From Patescibacteria group bacterium (GTDB taxonomy: Bacteria; Patescibacteriota; Patescibacteriia; UBA1558): DNA of 64,000 nucleotides. The first letter of the stretch is position 1. The number at the start of each line of letters is the position of its first letter. The translations under genes and the position numbers were made by a program. Below are positions 9,622 to 19,502 of this stretch, one piece after another. The stretch spans positions 19,464-83,463 of the forward strand of contig JADHUR010000001.1 in the NCBI GenBank assembly GCA_016784445.1, given 5' to 3'. The notes below the pieces were generated by a model. The model saw nothing but the letters and a program-made list of their open reading frames with translations, did no database searches and was not told the DNA's origin.

Positions 9622-9655
9622 CCCCTCGCTATATTAATATGGTGAGGGGTTTTTC
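9622..9655 (+). terminator. intrinsic terminator (cccctc/gagggg plus TTTTT)
   Basis: A hairpin at 9623-9649 followed by a T-run. Confidence 0.55.
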
Positions 9656-9663
9656 ATTTACCA

Positions 9664-9692
9664 TTGACAATGAGCTAATAATGCATTATACT
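9664..9692 (+). promoter_or_regulatory. sigma70-like promoter TTGACA-N17-TATACT
   Basis: ttgaca at 9664-9669 and tatact at 9687-9692, upstream of the 9734 gene. Confidence 0.5.
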
Positions 9693-9733
9693 ATTTTAAC
9701 TGAAAAATGGAGCTCATTAACAAAGGAGAATAA

Positions 9734-10060
9734 ATGACTGTAAGTACTGAATTCATTATGTTAAAACATGATGTGAAATCCAAAGATCTTTTGCAAATGC
9801 ATGCATATTTACACAAGCTTAGAACTCAAGCAAATCCATTAGCAATATTACAGAGTAATATTCTAATGGCCTTGATTGATAACAGGAAAGATAAACAAGG
9901 CTTTTGTGGAGTTAAGGCTGAAGAGTTTATTCATGACAATACTGAACAAATGGTTCTGCGCAATCAAACAATTCAAGCCTGGAATAATCTTACGAGCACC
10001 TTGCAAAATCTCGCACCAAATGCAATCCTTACGGGACTACCTGAAATGCATAATGCATAA
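9734..10060 (+). CDS. hypothetical protein
   Basis: SD AAAGGAG upstream; a terminator downstream. Confidence 0.45.
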   Translation: MTVSTEFIMLKHDVKSKDLLQMHAYLHKLRTQANPLAILQSNILMALIDNRKDKQGFCGVKAEEFIHDNTEQMVLRNQTIQAWNNLTSTLQNLAPNAILTGLPEMHNA

Positions 10061-10071
10061 AAGAATAATTA

Positions 10072-10102
10072 GAACCTCACTAACTAGTGAGGTTCTTTAT
10101 TT
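10072..10102 (+). terminator. intrinsic terminator (perfect 10-bp stem gaacctcact/agtgaggttc plus TTTATTT)
   Basis: A perfect inverted repeat followed by a T-rich tract. Confidence 0.6.
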
Positions 10103-10105
10103 ATC

Positions 10106-10134
10106 TTGACTTTATATCCTTAATATAGTAAAGT
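10106..10134 (+). promoter_or_regulatory. possible promoter TTGACT-N17-TAAAGT
   Basis: Good -35 box, weak -10 box, upstream of the 10168 gene. Confidence 0.35.
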
Positions 10135-10167
10135 GCTCTAAACAATCGCACATTAAAAGGAGATGAA

Positions 10168-10557
10168 ATGGAAACTTTAATAATAGTAGCATTACTGATA
10201 ACTGCCTCACTCACACGTTTATACTTTCATTTTAAGATTGAACAGAACAATCAACCAAAGCCAGTCATGTCTATTTATTACATTGTCATGACTAATGAAG
10301 AAAAAAAAGCTTTAGAGGATTTGAAAGCATACTACGAGAGTAAAGAAACAGCTCACGCTAAACAATGCTTAACATTTCTTAATCATTTAATCTCTGGTCG
10401 AGAAATTAATCTGGGAAATTATGCAAAGATTGACTCAACGCTTCAAGTCAAAGAAAATCTCTATCATTCCTTTCAAGAAATTGGTAAGAAATTACGGCAT
10501 AAAAAGTTTAAAAGCTTTGTACTTCACAGTATTCCAGATGAAATCTTAGCACAATAA
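10168..10557 (+). CDS. hypothetical protein with N-terminal TM helix
   Basis: SD AAAGGAG upstream. A bidirectional terminator lies at about 10571-10596. Confidence 0.45.
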   Translation: METLIIVALLITASLTRLYFHFKIEQNNQPKPVMSIYYIVMTNEEKKALEDLKAYYESKETAHAKQCLTFLNHLISGREINLGNYAKIDSTLQVKENLYHSFQEIGKKLRHKKFKSFVLHSIPDEILAQ

Positions 10558-10593
10558 AAACTTAATCAAAAAACCCTGACAAATGTCGGGGTT

Positions 10594-11133
10594 TTATAAT
10601 AATTTCTTTTTTTTAAGCATCATCCGCCAATACCAGTCTTGTATAATATCTCTCCTTACTCCCAAATCGTCCATTAATTGTTTAATCTGTTTAATAGCTG
10701 TTTGTCTATTATTAGCATTCATTATCTCAACTTCTATAAAACTACCGAGACCTTTCACCTCATCTATAAATATATTGAAATGTCTATACTCATAATAGCT
10801 TCTAACTTTGTCTACTCTTACCTCTTCAATAAATTCTAAATGTTTAAGTATTACATCCATCATATCTCCATCAGATATTGTTACCTCTCTTTCTTTACCA
10901 CCATATATACCAGAAGGAAGATGGTATTCAAAAGAAGCTGTACCAGATGTCATATCTTTTCTAACTCTTAAGCGAGGAGATTTAAAACTAATAAATCTCT
11001 TACCATTTTTTGGGGAGAAATATATATCTACATAATGTTTCTTGGATTTATTACGTATACCTAAAAGCGTAAACTTTTTTAGTAAACGCTTCTTATTCTT
11101 TATCTTTGCTTTCATCTCAATTTCTAATTGCAT
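10594..11133 (-). CDS. CYTH-domain protein (class IV adenylate cyclase / triphosphate tunnel metalloenzyme family)
   Basis: N-terminal EIEMKAKI (the ExExK motif), a central SGTASFEYHLP...ISDGDMM block, and a C-terminal LGSFIEVEI. These are typical of CyaB/ThTPase-like CYTH domains. Confidence 0.6.
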   Translation of the reverse strand: MQLEIEMKAKIKNKKRLLKKFTLLGIRNKSKKHYVDIYFSPKNGKRFISFKSPRLRVRKDMTSGTASFEYHLPSGIYGGKEREVTISDGDMMDVILKHLEFIEEVRVDKVRSYYEYRHFNIFIDEVKGLGSFIEVEIMNANNRQTAIKQIKQLMDDLGVRRDIIQDWYWRMMLKKKKLL

Positions 11134-11172
11134 AATGCAGATATTATATATTCAAAATAATTATCTAGCAAA

Positions 11173-12426
11173 TTAATTTTGTCTGAGTGCTTCAATTGGA
11201 TCAAGCTTAGCAGCTTCTTTTGCTGGATATAGTCCAAATATTAAACCAATAGCAACAGCTACTCCAACAGATATTATTACAGACTCAGGTGGAAGACTAA
11301 AGCGCCATTCAATACCTTGGGATTGAGCAATGATGGCTGTTAGCCAAGCTAGCAATGCTCCAACACCAACACCAACAATAGCCCCTCCAAAGGTTATAAG
11401 TCCTGCCTCAATTAAGAATTGATTCATAATATTTTTACTAGTTGCTCCAACTGCCTTCCTAAGTCCAATTTCATAGGTTCTTTCTGATACAGATACATAC
11501 ATAATATTCATAATACCAACACCACCAACAATTAATGAAATACTAGCAATAGCTATAAGCAACAGACTAATACCACCAAGAATTGAATCCATCATACCCA
11601 TGGCTTCTTGCATAGAAGTAACTGAGAAATCATATTTATCTGGATTACGTTCTTCTATATCATGTCTTGTTCTAAGTATTTCTGTAAACTCATCTATTCC
11701 TCTATCTATATATGAATCATCTTTAAGCCAACTCATTGCATAGGTTAAATGATCTACTCCCATCAGCTGTTTCTGTATAGTTGTTACCGGAATCATCGTA
11801 ACACTATCCATATCCATGCCAAAATATATTCCCTTTTCTTCTAGAACGCCAATAACTCTATAGTTCTTATTACGTATCTTTACATTCTTACCAACAGCTT
11901 GAGACTTGCCAAAAAGTTTTTCCTTAATACCAATGCCAAGTACAACTACTCTAGCCTGACTATCTACATGAGTCTCATCAAGAAAATAACCCTCGCCAAT
12001 AACCATATTATATACATCGAGAAAATTCTGATCAGTTCCAAAAATTAAAGCTGTTTTAGTATTACCTTCATAATTAAATACTTCTTGACCAATCAGTCCT
12101 ACATTTACTTTATCTACATAAGATAATTTAGATAAAGCTTCTGCATCTTCTCTAGTTAAAGTTGTAATACTTAAGCCCTGTGCCATTGATGTAGCATTTT
12201 GAACAGAAGTTTTGCCTACATTTGGAGTTTTAACTTCAACTTGTATAATATTTGTACCAAAACTAGATATTTGATCTGTTACATAATTCTTTATTCCCTC
12301 ACCAGCTGCCATAACCATAATAACTGAACCAATACCAATAATCATACCAAGAACAGTTAAGGCTGTTCTTACCTTATGCTTACTCAATGCTCCATATGCA
12401 GTTTTAAGTGGAAATAAAAATTTCAT
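11173..12426 (-). CDS. ABC transporter permease, MacB/FtsX family
   Basis: N-terminal TM, a large extracytoplasmic domain, and a C-terminal FtsX bundle (LRKAVGATSKNIMNQFLIEAG). Confidence 0.85.
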   Translation of the reverse strand: MKFLFPLKTAYGALSKHKVRTALTVLGMIIGIGSVIMVMAAGEGIKNYVTDQISSFGTNIIQVEVKTPNVGKTSVQNATSMAQGLSITTLTREDAEALSKLSYVDKVNVGLIGQEVFNYEGNTKTALIFGTDQNFLDVYNMVIGEGYFLDETHVDSQARVVVLGIGIKEKLFGKSQAVGKNVKIRNKNYRVIGVLEEKGIYFGMDMDSVTMIPVTTIQKQLMGVDHLTYAMSWLKDDSYIDRGIDEFTEILRTRHDIEERNPDKYDFSVTSMQEAMGMMDSILGGISLLLIAIASISLIVGGVGIMNIMYVSVSERTYEIGLRKAVGATSKNIMNQFLIEAGLITFGGAIVGVGVGALLAWLTAIIAQSQGIEWRFSLPPESVIISVGVAVAIGLIFGLYPAKEAAKLDPIEALRQN

Positions 12427-12428
12427 AA

Positions 12429-13673
12429 TTATTCATAACGTAATGCTTCGACTGGATTAAGCTTTGCTGCTTTACTTGCCGGATATAGTCCAAAGAATAT
12501 TCCAATTGCCACACTAATACCGACACTTAATAATATTGAACTAATACTTACAATAAACTCCCAATGATAACCTAAATAATTTGCTACTAAGGCTATAAGA
12601 CCTGCTACAAATGCTCCAATAATAATACCAATAGCTCCTCCCACAAAAGTTAAGGTAATTGCTTCTACTAAAAATTGAGTAGTAATAACAATAGGTTTTG
12701 CACCAACTGCCTTCCTAAGACCAATTTCTGCCGTTCTTTCAGTAACGGATACAAGCATAATATTCATAATTCCTACTCCACCAACAAGAAGTGCTATTGC
12801 TGCTATTGCTGCTAAAAAGAAATTGAGAGCCCCCGTTACAGACCCTAGTACATCTAAGGCTTGAGCTTGTGACCTTACCGAAAAATCATCTATACCAGCT
12901 TTATCAATATCATGCTGGTCGCGAATTATACGTTTCACTTCCTCAATAACAGCTGGCACATTCTCTTCCTTATCTATTTGGAAGCGAGCGGAAGAAATAT
13001 GATTAATACCAAGCATGATCTTTTGAGCTGTTCTAAGTGGTATATATACCTGATTATCTAAATCTCCAAAAAAAGTAGAGCCTCTTTCCTCTACTACTCC
13101 AACTACTCTAAATATTTCTTTTTTTATCTTAATTTTCTTATTTAATGGATCAATATCCCCAAATGTATCAAGAGCTGCTTGATAACCAAGCACTACAAGT
13201 CTAGACAGTCCTTTATCTTCTACTTCTGTATACCAACGGCCAGATATTAAATTTGCATTCTCTACAATAGGATAAGACTCTGTTGTACCAACAAATGTAG
13301 TATCTACTTTCTGATTCTGATAAACAATATTAGCAACACCTTGCACATATCCAGCACCAGCTACAATAGCATTTGTTGAATCATTATTTAAAATGGCTTC
13401 TAAATCATCGAGTTGAAGAGTTGTTACTGTAATACCCATAGCGGATGCAGGTGGACCTTCATCATCCGAAGCACCAGGTAGTACTGAAACTAAATTCGAA
13501 CCAACACTCTCTATCTCATTAAATATAAGGCTTTGTGCTCCAGCACCAACTGACAGAATCATAATAACACCAGCTACACCAATAATTATTCCAAGCATAG
13601 TTAAAAAAGACCGCCATCTATTGATGTTCAGACTTTTTATCGCTGCTTTAAATAATCCAAGTATAACCATCAC
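12429..13673 (-). CDS. ABC transporter permease, MacB/FtsX family (second copy)
   Basis: Same architecture as its neighbour (LRKAVGAKPIVITTQFLVEAI). Confidence 0.85.
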   Translation of the reverse strand: MMVILGLFKAAIKSLNINRWRSFLTMLGIIIGVAGVIMILSVGAGAQSLIFNEIESVGSNLVSVLPGASDDEGPPASAMGITVTTLQLDDLEAILNNDSTNAIVAGAGYVQGVANIVYQNQKVDTTFVGTTESYPIVENANLISGRWYTEVEDKGLSRLVVLGYQAALDTFGDIDPLNKKIKIKKEIFRVVGVVEERGSTFFGDLDNQVYIPLRTAQKIMLGINHISSARFQIDKEENVPAVIEEVKRIIRDQHDIDKAGIDDFSVRSQAQALDVLGSVTGALNFFLAAIAAIALLVGGVGIMNIMLVSVTERTAEIGLRKAVGAKPIVITTQFLVEAITLTFVGGAIGIIIGAFVAGLIALVANYLGYHWEFIVSISSILLSVGISVAIGIFFGLYPASKAAKLNPVEALRYE

Positions 13674-14389
13674 TTAATAAGTTCACCTTCTTTAACAGAT
13701 CTTCTCTTTTCTACTTTTATATCTGATTCAATTAAACCATCTCTAATTTTAATGATTCTATCTGCATGATTTGCAGTATCTTGCTCATGAGTAACTAAAA
13801 TTATTGTATGCCCTTTATCATTCAAACGTTCAAATATTTCCATTATTTGTGTACCAGATTTTGTATCTAAATTACCAGTTGGTTCATCTGCAAATACTAT
13901 TTTTGGCTGATTAACAATAGCTCTCGCTATTGCTACTCTTTGCTTTTCACCACCAGATAATTGATTAGATAAAAAATCTGAACGATGATCAAGGCCTACT
14001 GATCTAATTGCCTCTTCTGTTAATTTATCTTTATCTAATCTAGTTGAATATGTTAAAGGTAATTTAACATTCTCATAAACAGATGTTTTAGAAAGTAAAT
14101 TAAACTGTTGAAATACAAATCCCACCTCCTCATTACGAATAGATGCTAATTTATTTTCATCAAAAGAAGTAATATCCTGACCATCAAAGATATATTTACC
14201 AGTTGTAAGTTTATCCAAGAAACCAAGAATATGCATAAGAGTAGATTTACCTGAACCAGATGGTCCCATAATAGCAAGATACTCCCCTTTTTTAATTGAG
14301 AAATTTAAACCATGTAAGACTTTTGTTACAACTTCTTCATTAACAAATTCCTTTTTAAGATCTTGTATGTCTATTAATTTATTGTCCAT
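13670..14389 (-). CDS. ABC transporter ATP-binding protein (MacB/LolD-type)
   Basis: Walker A GPSGSGKST, signature LSGGEKQRVAIARA, Walker B IVFADEPTGNLD. Confidence 0.9.
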   Translation of the reverse strand: MDNKLIDIQDLKKEFVNEEVVTKVLHGLNFSIKKGEYLAIMGPSGSGKSTLMHILGFLDKLTTGKYIFDGQDITSFDENKLASIRNEEVGFVFQQFNLLSKTSVYENVKLPLTYSTRLDKDKLTEEAIRSVGLDHRSDFLSNQLSGGEKQRVAIARAIVNQPKIVFADEPTGNLDTKSGTQIMEIFERLNDKGHTIILVTHEQDTANHADRIIKIRDGLIESDIKVEKRRSVKEGELIK

Positions 14390-16034
14390 TACTTTGTGTA
14401 ATAATTATTGTTTCACCAATCTCTACACCTGAAATTATTTCAATATATCCAGTATCATCTTTAAGTCCTGTATCTACTTCCTTTGTAATAGCCTCGTCAT
14501 TATTTAATACTTTTATTTGCTGTATATTATCTACTTCAAATACTGCTCTTGCTGGAACAGCTACAACTGCTTCCTTTTGATCGATTAGAATATCTACATT
14601 AGCAGTCATACCTGGTTTTATTGCCTGATCTGGAAGATCAAAAGCAACTCTTACTTTATAGTAAACAACATCTGATATTGTAGTTTCAGCAGGTTCTATA
14701 AAACTAATATGTCCACTAAATACAAGTGCACTACCATAAGCATCTAATGTTATCTCCGCACCATCACCAACTCTTATATCAGCAATATCTGATTCTGGAA
14801 TATCTACTTCTATTTCATAACTAGATTTACCAATAATGGTAATTACAGAATCAGTTAGTCCTGCTTGTTCACCTAATTTTTTATCTACTTTAACAATTGT
14901 TCCAGAAATAGGAGCTTTAATCATATAATCTGCAAGTCTTGCATAAGCTGTCTGCAAAGTAGCTTGTGCCTGTTGTAATCTAGCTTCATAAGACGATATT
15001 TCAAAATCTCTAGGACCAGCTTCTTTAAATGCCAATTGAGCTTCAGCTAATAATACTGCTTCTTCTTGCGCATTAATATTATCTTCGGCTATCTTTACTT
15101 GATTCTCATAATATACAATATTATTACTTAGATTTGCTTTAGCTGTTTGCAAACTTGTAAGAGCTGTATCTAAATTTGTTTGTTGTGTTCTTACACTTGT
15201 TTTATATGCATCTAATTCTGTTTGAGTAAATGATGAACCAGTCAAACTATTCTCTAACATTAAATATGTATTAACGAGTAGACCTGAAATATCTGACTGA
15301 TAGCTTATTAAACTTGAAAGTCCAAATTCAATCTCATCATTGCTAGACAGGCTTGTAATTGAATTAAGTGTAGCTTGAATTGTCTGATACTGACTATTCA
15401 ATGCAGCATATGAACTTTCAGAAATATTCTTATACTGAGGACTAATTACAGATAAAAGTGGCTTAGCATCTGTATCTGTCAATATTGTCTTTACAGTATC
15501 TAGCGCAGCTCTTGAATAAAAGTTCTTAGTAGCCAGACCATTAAGTGCTGTCTCCCTATATGTTGTAAGTTTATCATCTCTTTCATTTAGAAGATTAGCT
15601 AAACTAGTTCTAGCTTGATTCAAGCTGACATTAGCTTGAACAAGTTGCTGCTCAGTAACCGCAATATCCTCAGAAGATGCTCCAGACAATACCCTATCTA
15701 AGTCTGCTTGTGCTGCTGCAACATTAGCATTGGCATTAGCAACATCTGCTCCAACTGAAGCTGTATTTAGCTGAGCTAGTGTTTGCCCTACCACAACTTC
15801 ATCACCCACTGCAACATTAATGCGAGCAATTCTTCCACTGCTAGAAAAACTTAAATTTATCTCATCGGCAGATTCTACAGATCCAGTAGCTGATACCGTT
15901 TTAATTAAATCACGAATACCAACTTCTTCTGTTATGTACTCAATTTGTTCTCCTCCTTTACTTACACTTGAAATGACAATTAATACTACAATGATAGCAA
16001 TAACTGAAATCCAAATAATCTTTTTCTTTGTCAT
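14379..16034 (-). CDS. HlyD/MacA-family periplasmic adaptor (membrane fusion protein) with a long coiled-coil hairpin
   Basis: N-terminal TM, a lipoyl-like segment, about 300 aa of coiled coil, and a C-terminal beta-barrel; the start overlaps the ATPase gene. Confidence 0.75.
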   Translation of the reverse strand: MTKKKIIWISVIAIIVVLIVISSVSKGGEQIEYITEEVGIRDLIKTVSATGSVESADEINLSFSSSGRIARINVAVGDEVVVGQTLAQLNTASVGADVANANANVAAAQADLDRVLSGASSEDIAVTEQQLVQANVSLNQARTSLANLLNERDDKLTTYRETALNGLATKNFYSRAALDTVKTILTDTDAKPLLSVISPQYKNISESSYAALNSQYQTIQATLNSITSLSSNDEIEFGLSSLISYQSDISGLLVNTYLMLENSLTGSSFTQTELDAYKTSVRTQQTNLDTALTSLQTAKANLSNNIVYYENQVKIAEDNINAQEEAVLLAEAQLAFKEAGPRDFEISSYEARLQQAQATLQTAYARLADYMIKAPISGTIVKVDKKLGEQAGLTDSVITIIGKSSYEIEVDIPESDIADIRVGDGAEITLDAYGSALVFSGHISFIEPAETTISDVVYYKVRVAFDLPDQAIKPGMTANVDILIDQKEAVVAVPARAVFEVDNIQQIKVLNNDEAITKEVDTGLKDDTGYIEIISGVEIGETIIITQSNGQ

Positions 16035-16155
16035 ATTTTTAATTATATTAAAATAACTCAGGGTGATTATATTATCACTTTCTTATATATTTTACCACTT
16101 TTAAGCAAAAAAATCGAGCTATAAGCTCGTTTTAGGATTATATGTCCAAATATAC

Positions 16156-16737
16156 CTATTCTACTACTTCAGAGGGTCTTTTTGGCTTACAAACCATTGG
16201 ATCAACTATTTTCTTACTTACATAATATACAGAGATAATCATAACAATAAGAGCTAATATCATAAACTCCCCGCCATCAAGTGGCAGGAAAGAAATTAGT
16301 GAAGCTGTAAAACCTAAACCAAATATTGAAGTTAAAATAACGGAACCACAGGCGGCACAGCCAATTCCAAACATTCCAGCGACAATACCAAAAAAACTAG
16401 CACCAGCTTCCTTATTGGCCTTTGCCTGTCTTCTTAAAAGATATATAAGCATTGCAATATTTATACCAGCTACTATTGCTAATAATATAACAGTCCAAAA
16501 AGTAAACAATGAAGTAAAGTTTGTATCTATTGATAACAATGATTGAAAAATTAATTTCATTTTAGTAGCAAAATTAAATATATCTGACTTTATAGTAAAA
16601 TCAATAAACTCTGCCTTGTTTGTAAATACAGATAATAGATAAACAAATAAAGCAAAAACGATGCCAGTTAATATATACCTAGTATTTTTAAATACTAATA
16701 TAAATGCTTTATATATTTTTTGAAGTTTATCTTTCAT
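16156..16737 (-). CDS. integral membrane protein, unknown function
   Basis: Four or five TM helices. A terminator hairpin (cgagc/gctcg plus a T-run) follows at about 16110-16132 on the minus strand. Confidence 0.4.
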   Translation of the reverse strand: MKDKLQKIYKAFILVFKNTRYILTGIVFALFVYLLSVFTNKAEFIDFTIKSDIFNFATKMKLIFQSLLSIDTNFTSLFTFWTVILLAIVAGINIAMLIYLLRRQAKANKEAGASFFGIVAGMFGIGCAACGSVILTSIFGLGFTASLISFLPLDGGEFMILALIVMIISVYYVSKKIVDPMVCKPKRPSEVVE

Positions 16738-16741
16738 AGAA

Positions 16742-17998
16742 TTATTCTAACATATCTATTAAGCGAGAGATAGTTTGTTCAAATCTCTCTCTGTTCTCTT
16801 CTAGTATTGGCTTACCAGGAGGCAATACTTCATACATAGGATTTATCTTAACTCCATTCTTTACCATCTCATAATGTAAATGAGGGCCCGTAGAAAAACC
16901 CGTTGAACCAACATAACCAATAACCTCTCCTTGCTTCACCTTCTGTCCATAACCAACAGCTATTCTAGATTGATGAGCATAATTTGTTGTATATGTTCCA
17001 TTATGTCTAATACTTGTTAAGTAACCATAGCCCGCACTACTCCAACCAGCAAAAACTACTGTACCATCACCAACTGTTCTAATTGGTGTGCCATAAGGCG
17101 TTGCATAGTCTATTGCTCTATGTCCGGTTGAAACATTAAAGGCTGCCACATAACGACTACCAGTTGTAAAGCCAGAAGATATATATTTAAAGGCTACTGG
17201 TGCTTTTAAGAACATTTTCTGTACTGAATTACCATCGATATCAAAATAACCTTTATTCTCTTCTGATTCTTCAAAATAAAATAGCTCATAATTCTCACCA
17301 GCATTTACATATCTACCAGCTAGAATCTTTCCAGGCATAATATATTCACCATCTAAATATCTTTCCTCAAATGCAAATTTAAATATATCTCCTACTCTTG
17401 GATCCATAGCAAAGTCTATTGACCATTGAAAGGCATTAGCAAATTCAATGATAGCTCTTTCATCAATATCATTCTCAAGTGCTGCCTGATACATAGAGGA
17501 CTTTACCTCACCTGAAACAACCCTTTCTTTTACTTCATAAGCAATAGCCTGTCTTATTGCACTCCAATTCCCCTCTCCTGCCTCAGATAAATCTTTAGCA
17601 ACAATAAGTTCATCTTCTGAATCTATCTTATACTCCAGCCTAATAATATCTCCTGTATCACCATCATAATATAAGTCTAATTTCTTACCAGCTCTTAAAG
17701 TTACCAAATCATAGTATTCTAAAGATTTATTATATATATCATTAGCTATAGATATTGGCACAGAATTATTCTCCATAATTATTCCATAAGTATCCCCAGT
17801 AGAAATTTCCACTACCACTTTAGTGTCCTCATTAGCTATAACAATATCATCAGCGATTATATCTGTGGTTTTAAATAGCTTAGGTATAAATATTACTAGC
17901 AATAAAAAAACAATCACAATAATACCTATTGCTGCTATTTTAATATATCCCCTATATGAATCTAATCTTCTTTGCTTCCAAACTGTTTGTACTTTCAT
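16742..17998 (-). CDS. M23-family metallopeptidase (LytM domain) with N-terminal TM
   Basis: C-terminal HRAIDYATPYGTPIRTVGDGTVVFAG...GSTGFSTGPHLHYEM, that is the HxxxD and HxH motifs of M23 peptidases. Confidence 0.85.
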   Translation of the reverse strand: MKVQTVWKQRRLDSYRGYIKIAAIGIIVIVFLLLVIFIPKLFKTTDIIADDIVIANEDTKVVVEISTGDTYGIIMENNSVPISIANDIYNKSLEYYDLVTLRAGKKLDLYYDGDTGDIIRLEYKIDSEDELIVAKDLSEAGEGNWSAIRQAIAYEVKERVVSGEVKSSMYQAALENDIDERAIIEFANAFQWSIDFAMDPRVGDIFKFAFEERYLDGEYIMPGKILAGRYVNAGENYELFYFEESEENKGYFDIDGNSVQKMFLKAPVAFKYISSGFTTGSRYVAAFNVSTGHRAIDYATPYGTPIRTVGDGTVVFAGWSSAGYGYLTSIRHNGTYTTNYAHQSRIAVGYGQKVKQGEVIGYVGSTGFSTGPHLHYEMVKNGVKINPMYEVLPPGKPILEENRERFEQTISRLIDMLE

Positions 17999-18073
17999 GG
18001 TTTATATATTTTAGCAAAATTAGACAAAAAAAAGAAGCCCTCATAAACAAGGTGCTCCTAGACAATTTGAATA

Positions 18074-18592
18074 TTATTTAAAATAAACAGGAACCTCTAG
18101 CGAATCATTATATAAAGGAATGCCTGATGGATTATCTTTTCTTAAAATTAATAAACCATGTTTATCCTCTGGCTTACTAAATTGCAATTTAGTTAAGAAT
18201 GGAACAAAGCTTTCAGTCATCCAATCTGACTGTGCAGTTGCTATTCCCCGAGCTAATAAATTACCACTAGCATCATATAATTCCACTGGAAAGTCTGCTT
18301 CGAAAAACCAATTTCCAACAGCTTCTCCAGTAATGCTAAGCGGGCTAGTAATAACAGTATTTGGTCTAGGACTATCTATACGTATTAAGTCCATCTTTTC
18401 CATCTCATTACCAATATATTCAGTGAAAGTATTATTACCATCACTACATTGTCTGGGATAGCTTTCCATAGCTGGATTACCGGTAGCTATACACTCATCA
18501 AAATTAGTAACCGAAACTATCTCAGATACTAAACTACATCCTGTTAAGGAAATAGATAATATTGCGAATACAATTATTCTTTTCATCATCAA
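18074..18592 (-). CDS. putative lipoprotein
   Basis: Signal peptide with lipobox LTGCS. Confidence 0.45.
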   Translation of the reverse strand: MMMKRIIVFAILSISLTGCSLVSEIVSVTNFDECIATGNPAMESYPRQCSDGNNTFTEYIGNEMEKMDLIRIDSPRPNTVITSPLSITGEAVGNWFFEADFPVELYDASGNLLARGIATAQSDWMTESFVPFLTKLQFSKPEDKHGLLILRKDNPSGIPLYNDSLEVPVYFK

Positions 18593-19071
18593 TTACTTAT
18601 TTGATAATACTTAGAAGAACCATTTATACCAAGTATACTCTCAAAAACTCCTGTTCCTCCACCCGGTGTTGGCTTTGTAATACTTTCTAAGGTCACCTTC
18701 TCGTCAACATTTTCCAAATTAGCATAAAGAGTGCAATGATTATCCTCATTAACAATATATGTATATTGTGAATTATCACTAGTACCAGATTTAGGATCTT
18801 TGATATTACTTGGTATAGCATTCGCATACTGCGGGTACTTTGATTTATATTCTTGTATCAATTCTTTTAAATCATACTCACCTGCTCCCGCTTCTGGAGT
18901 AATGCAACCAAAGGATAAAAATCTACCAATTTGAGATAAATCAGCTATACGTTTTGTGTCTCTTGCCTTAAATCGTGAACTACCTAAAGATACCATTACC
19001 ATCGTAGATAAAATACCAATAATACCTATTACCACCAGTATCTCTATTAAACTAAAACCCCTAAACTTCAC
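18589..19071 (-). CDS. type IV pilin / pseudopilin (prepilin-type N-terminal cleavage/methylation domain)
   Basis: N-terminus MKFRGFSLIEILVVIGIIGIL is the classic class III signal, with G at -1 and E at +5. Confidence 0.8.
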   Translation of the reverse strand: MKFRGFSLIEILVVIGIIGILSTMVMVSLGSSRFKARDTKRIADLSQIGRFLSFGCITPEAGAGEYDLKELIQEYKSKYPQYANAIPSNIKDPKSGTSDNSQYTYIVNEDNHCTLYANLENVDEKVTLESITKPTPGGGTGVFESILGINGSSKYYQISN

Positions 19072-19073
19072 AA

Positions 19074-19304
19074 TTAAAGTTCTAATGGCTCTTCTTCTCC
19101 AATATCTTCAATTGGTACAAATTTCTCTGGATCATTAGCTGTAACAAATTCATCATTCTCCTCATCATCTGTTTTCTCTCTATACTCTGTAGGTGCTTGA
19201 TTTACAGCTCGAGCATCTCTTAATCCTGCTTCTGGGTGCATTTGTTGTCTTCTAGCCTCATCTTTGGCCTCTTGATCTTCTAAATTAGGTGTTTCAAATC
19301 CCAT
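19074..19304 (-). CDS. small highly acidic protein
   Basis: 76 aa, rich in D/E, tightly coupled upstream of the pilin gene. Confidence 0.35.
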   Translation of the reverse strand: MGFETPNLEDQEAKDEARRQQMHPEAGLRDARAVNQAPTEYREKTDDEENDEFVTANDPEKFVPIEDIGEEEPLEL

Positions 19305-19378
19305 AATTTTAGTATTAATTGTAATATATATACATTATATCATAATAAAAAATACCCATCATATAGATGAGTGTTTTT

Positions 19379-19453
19379 TGGTAGCCCGTAGGGGAATTGA
19401 ACCCCTGTTGCCAGATTGAGAATCTGGAGTCCTAACCACTAGACGAACGGGCC
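19379..19453 (-). tRNA. tRNA-Glu (anticodon CUC), CCA encoded
   Basis: The reverse complement folds as a cloverleaf: acceptor GGCCCGT/ACGGGCT, anticodon stem CCAGA/TCTGG with loop TTCTCAA, T-arm AGGGG-TTCAATT-CCCCT, and a 3' ACCA. Confidence 0.75.
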
Positions 19454-19502
19454 TAAAAAAATTACTCGCATAGATTAGCAAGAAATTGTTAAAAAATCAA
19501 GT

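Noticed and set aside
15820-18461. Small plus-strand ORFs at 15820-16056, 17823-18014 and 18120-18461
   Set aside because: They are antisense to the HlyD-like, M23 and lipoprotein genes. They have no SD and a compositionally odd translation.
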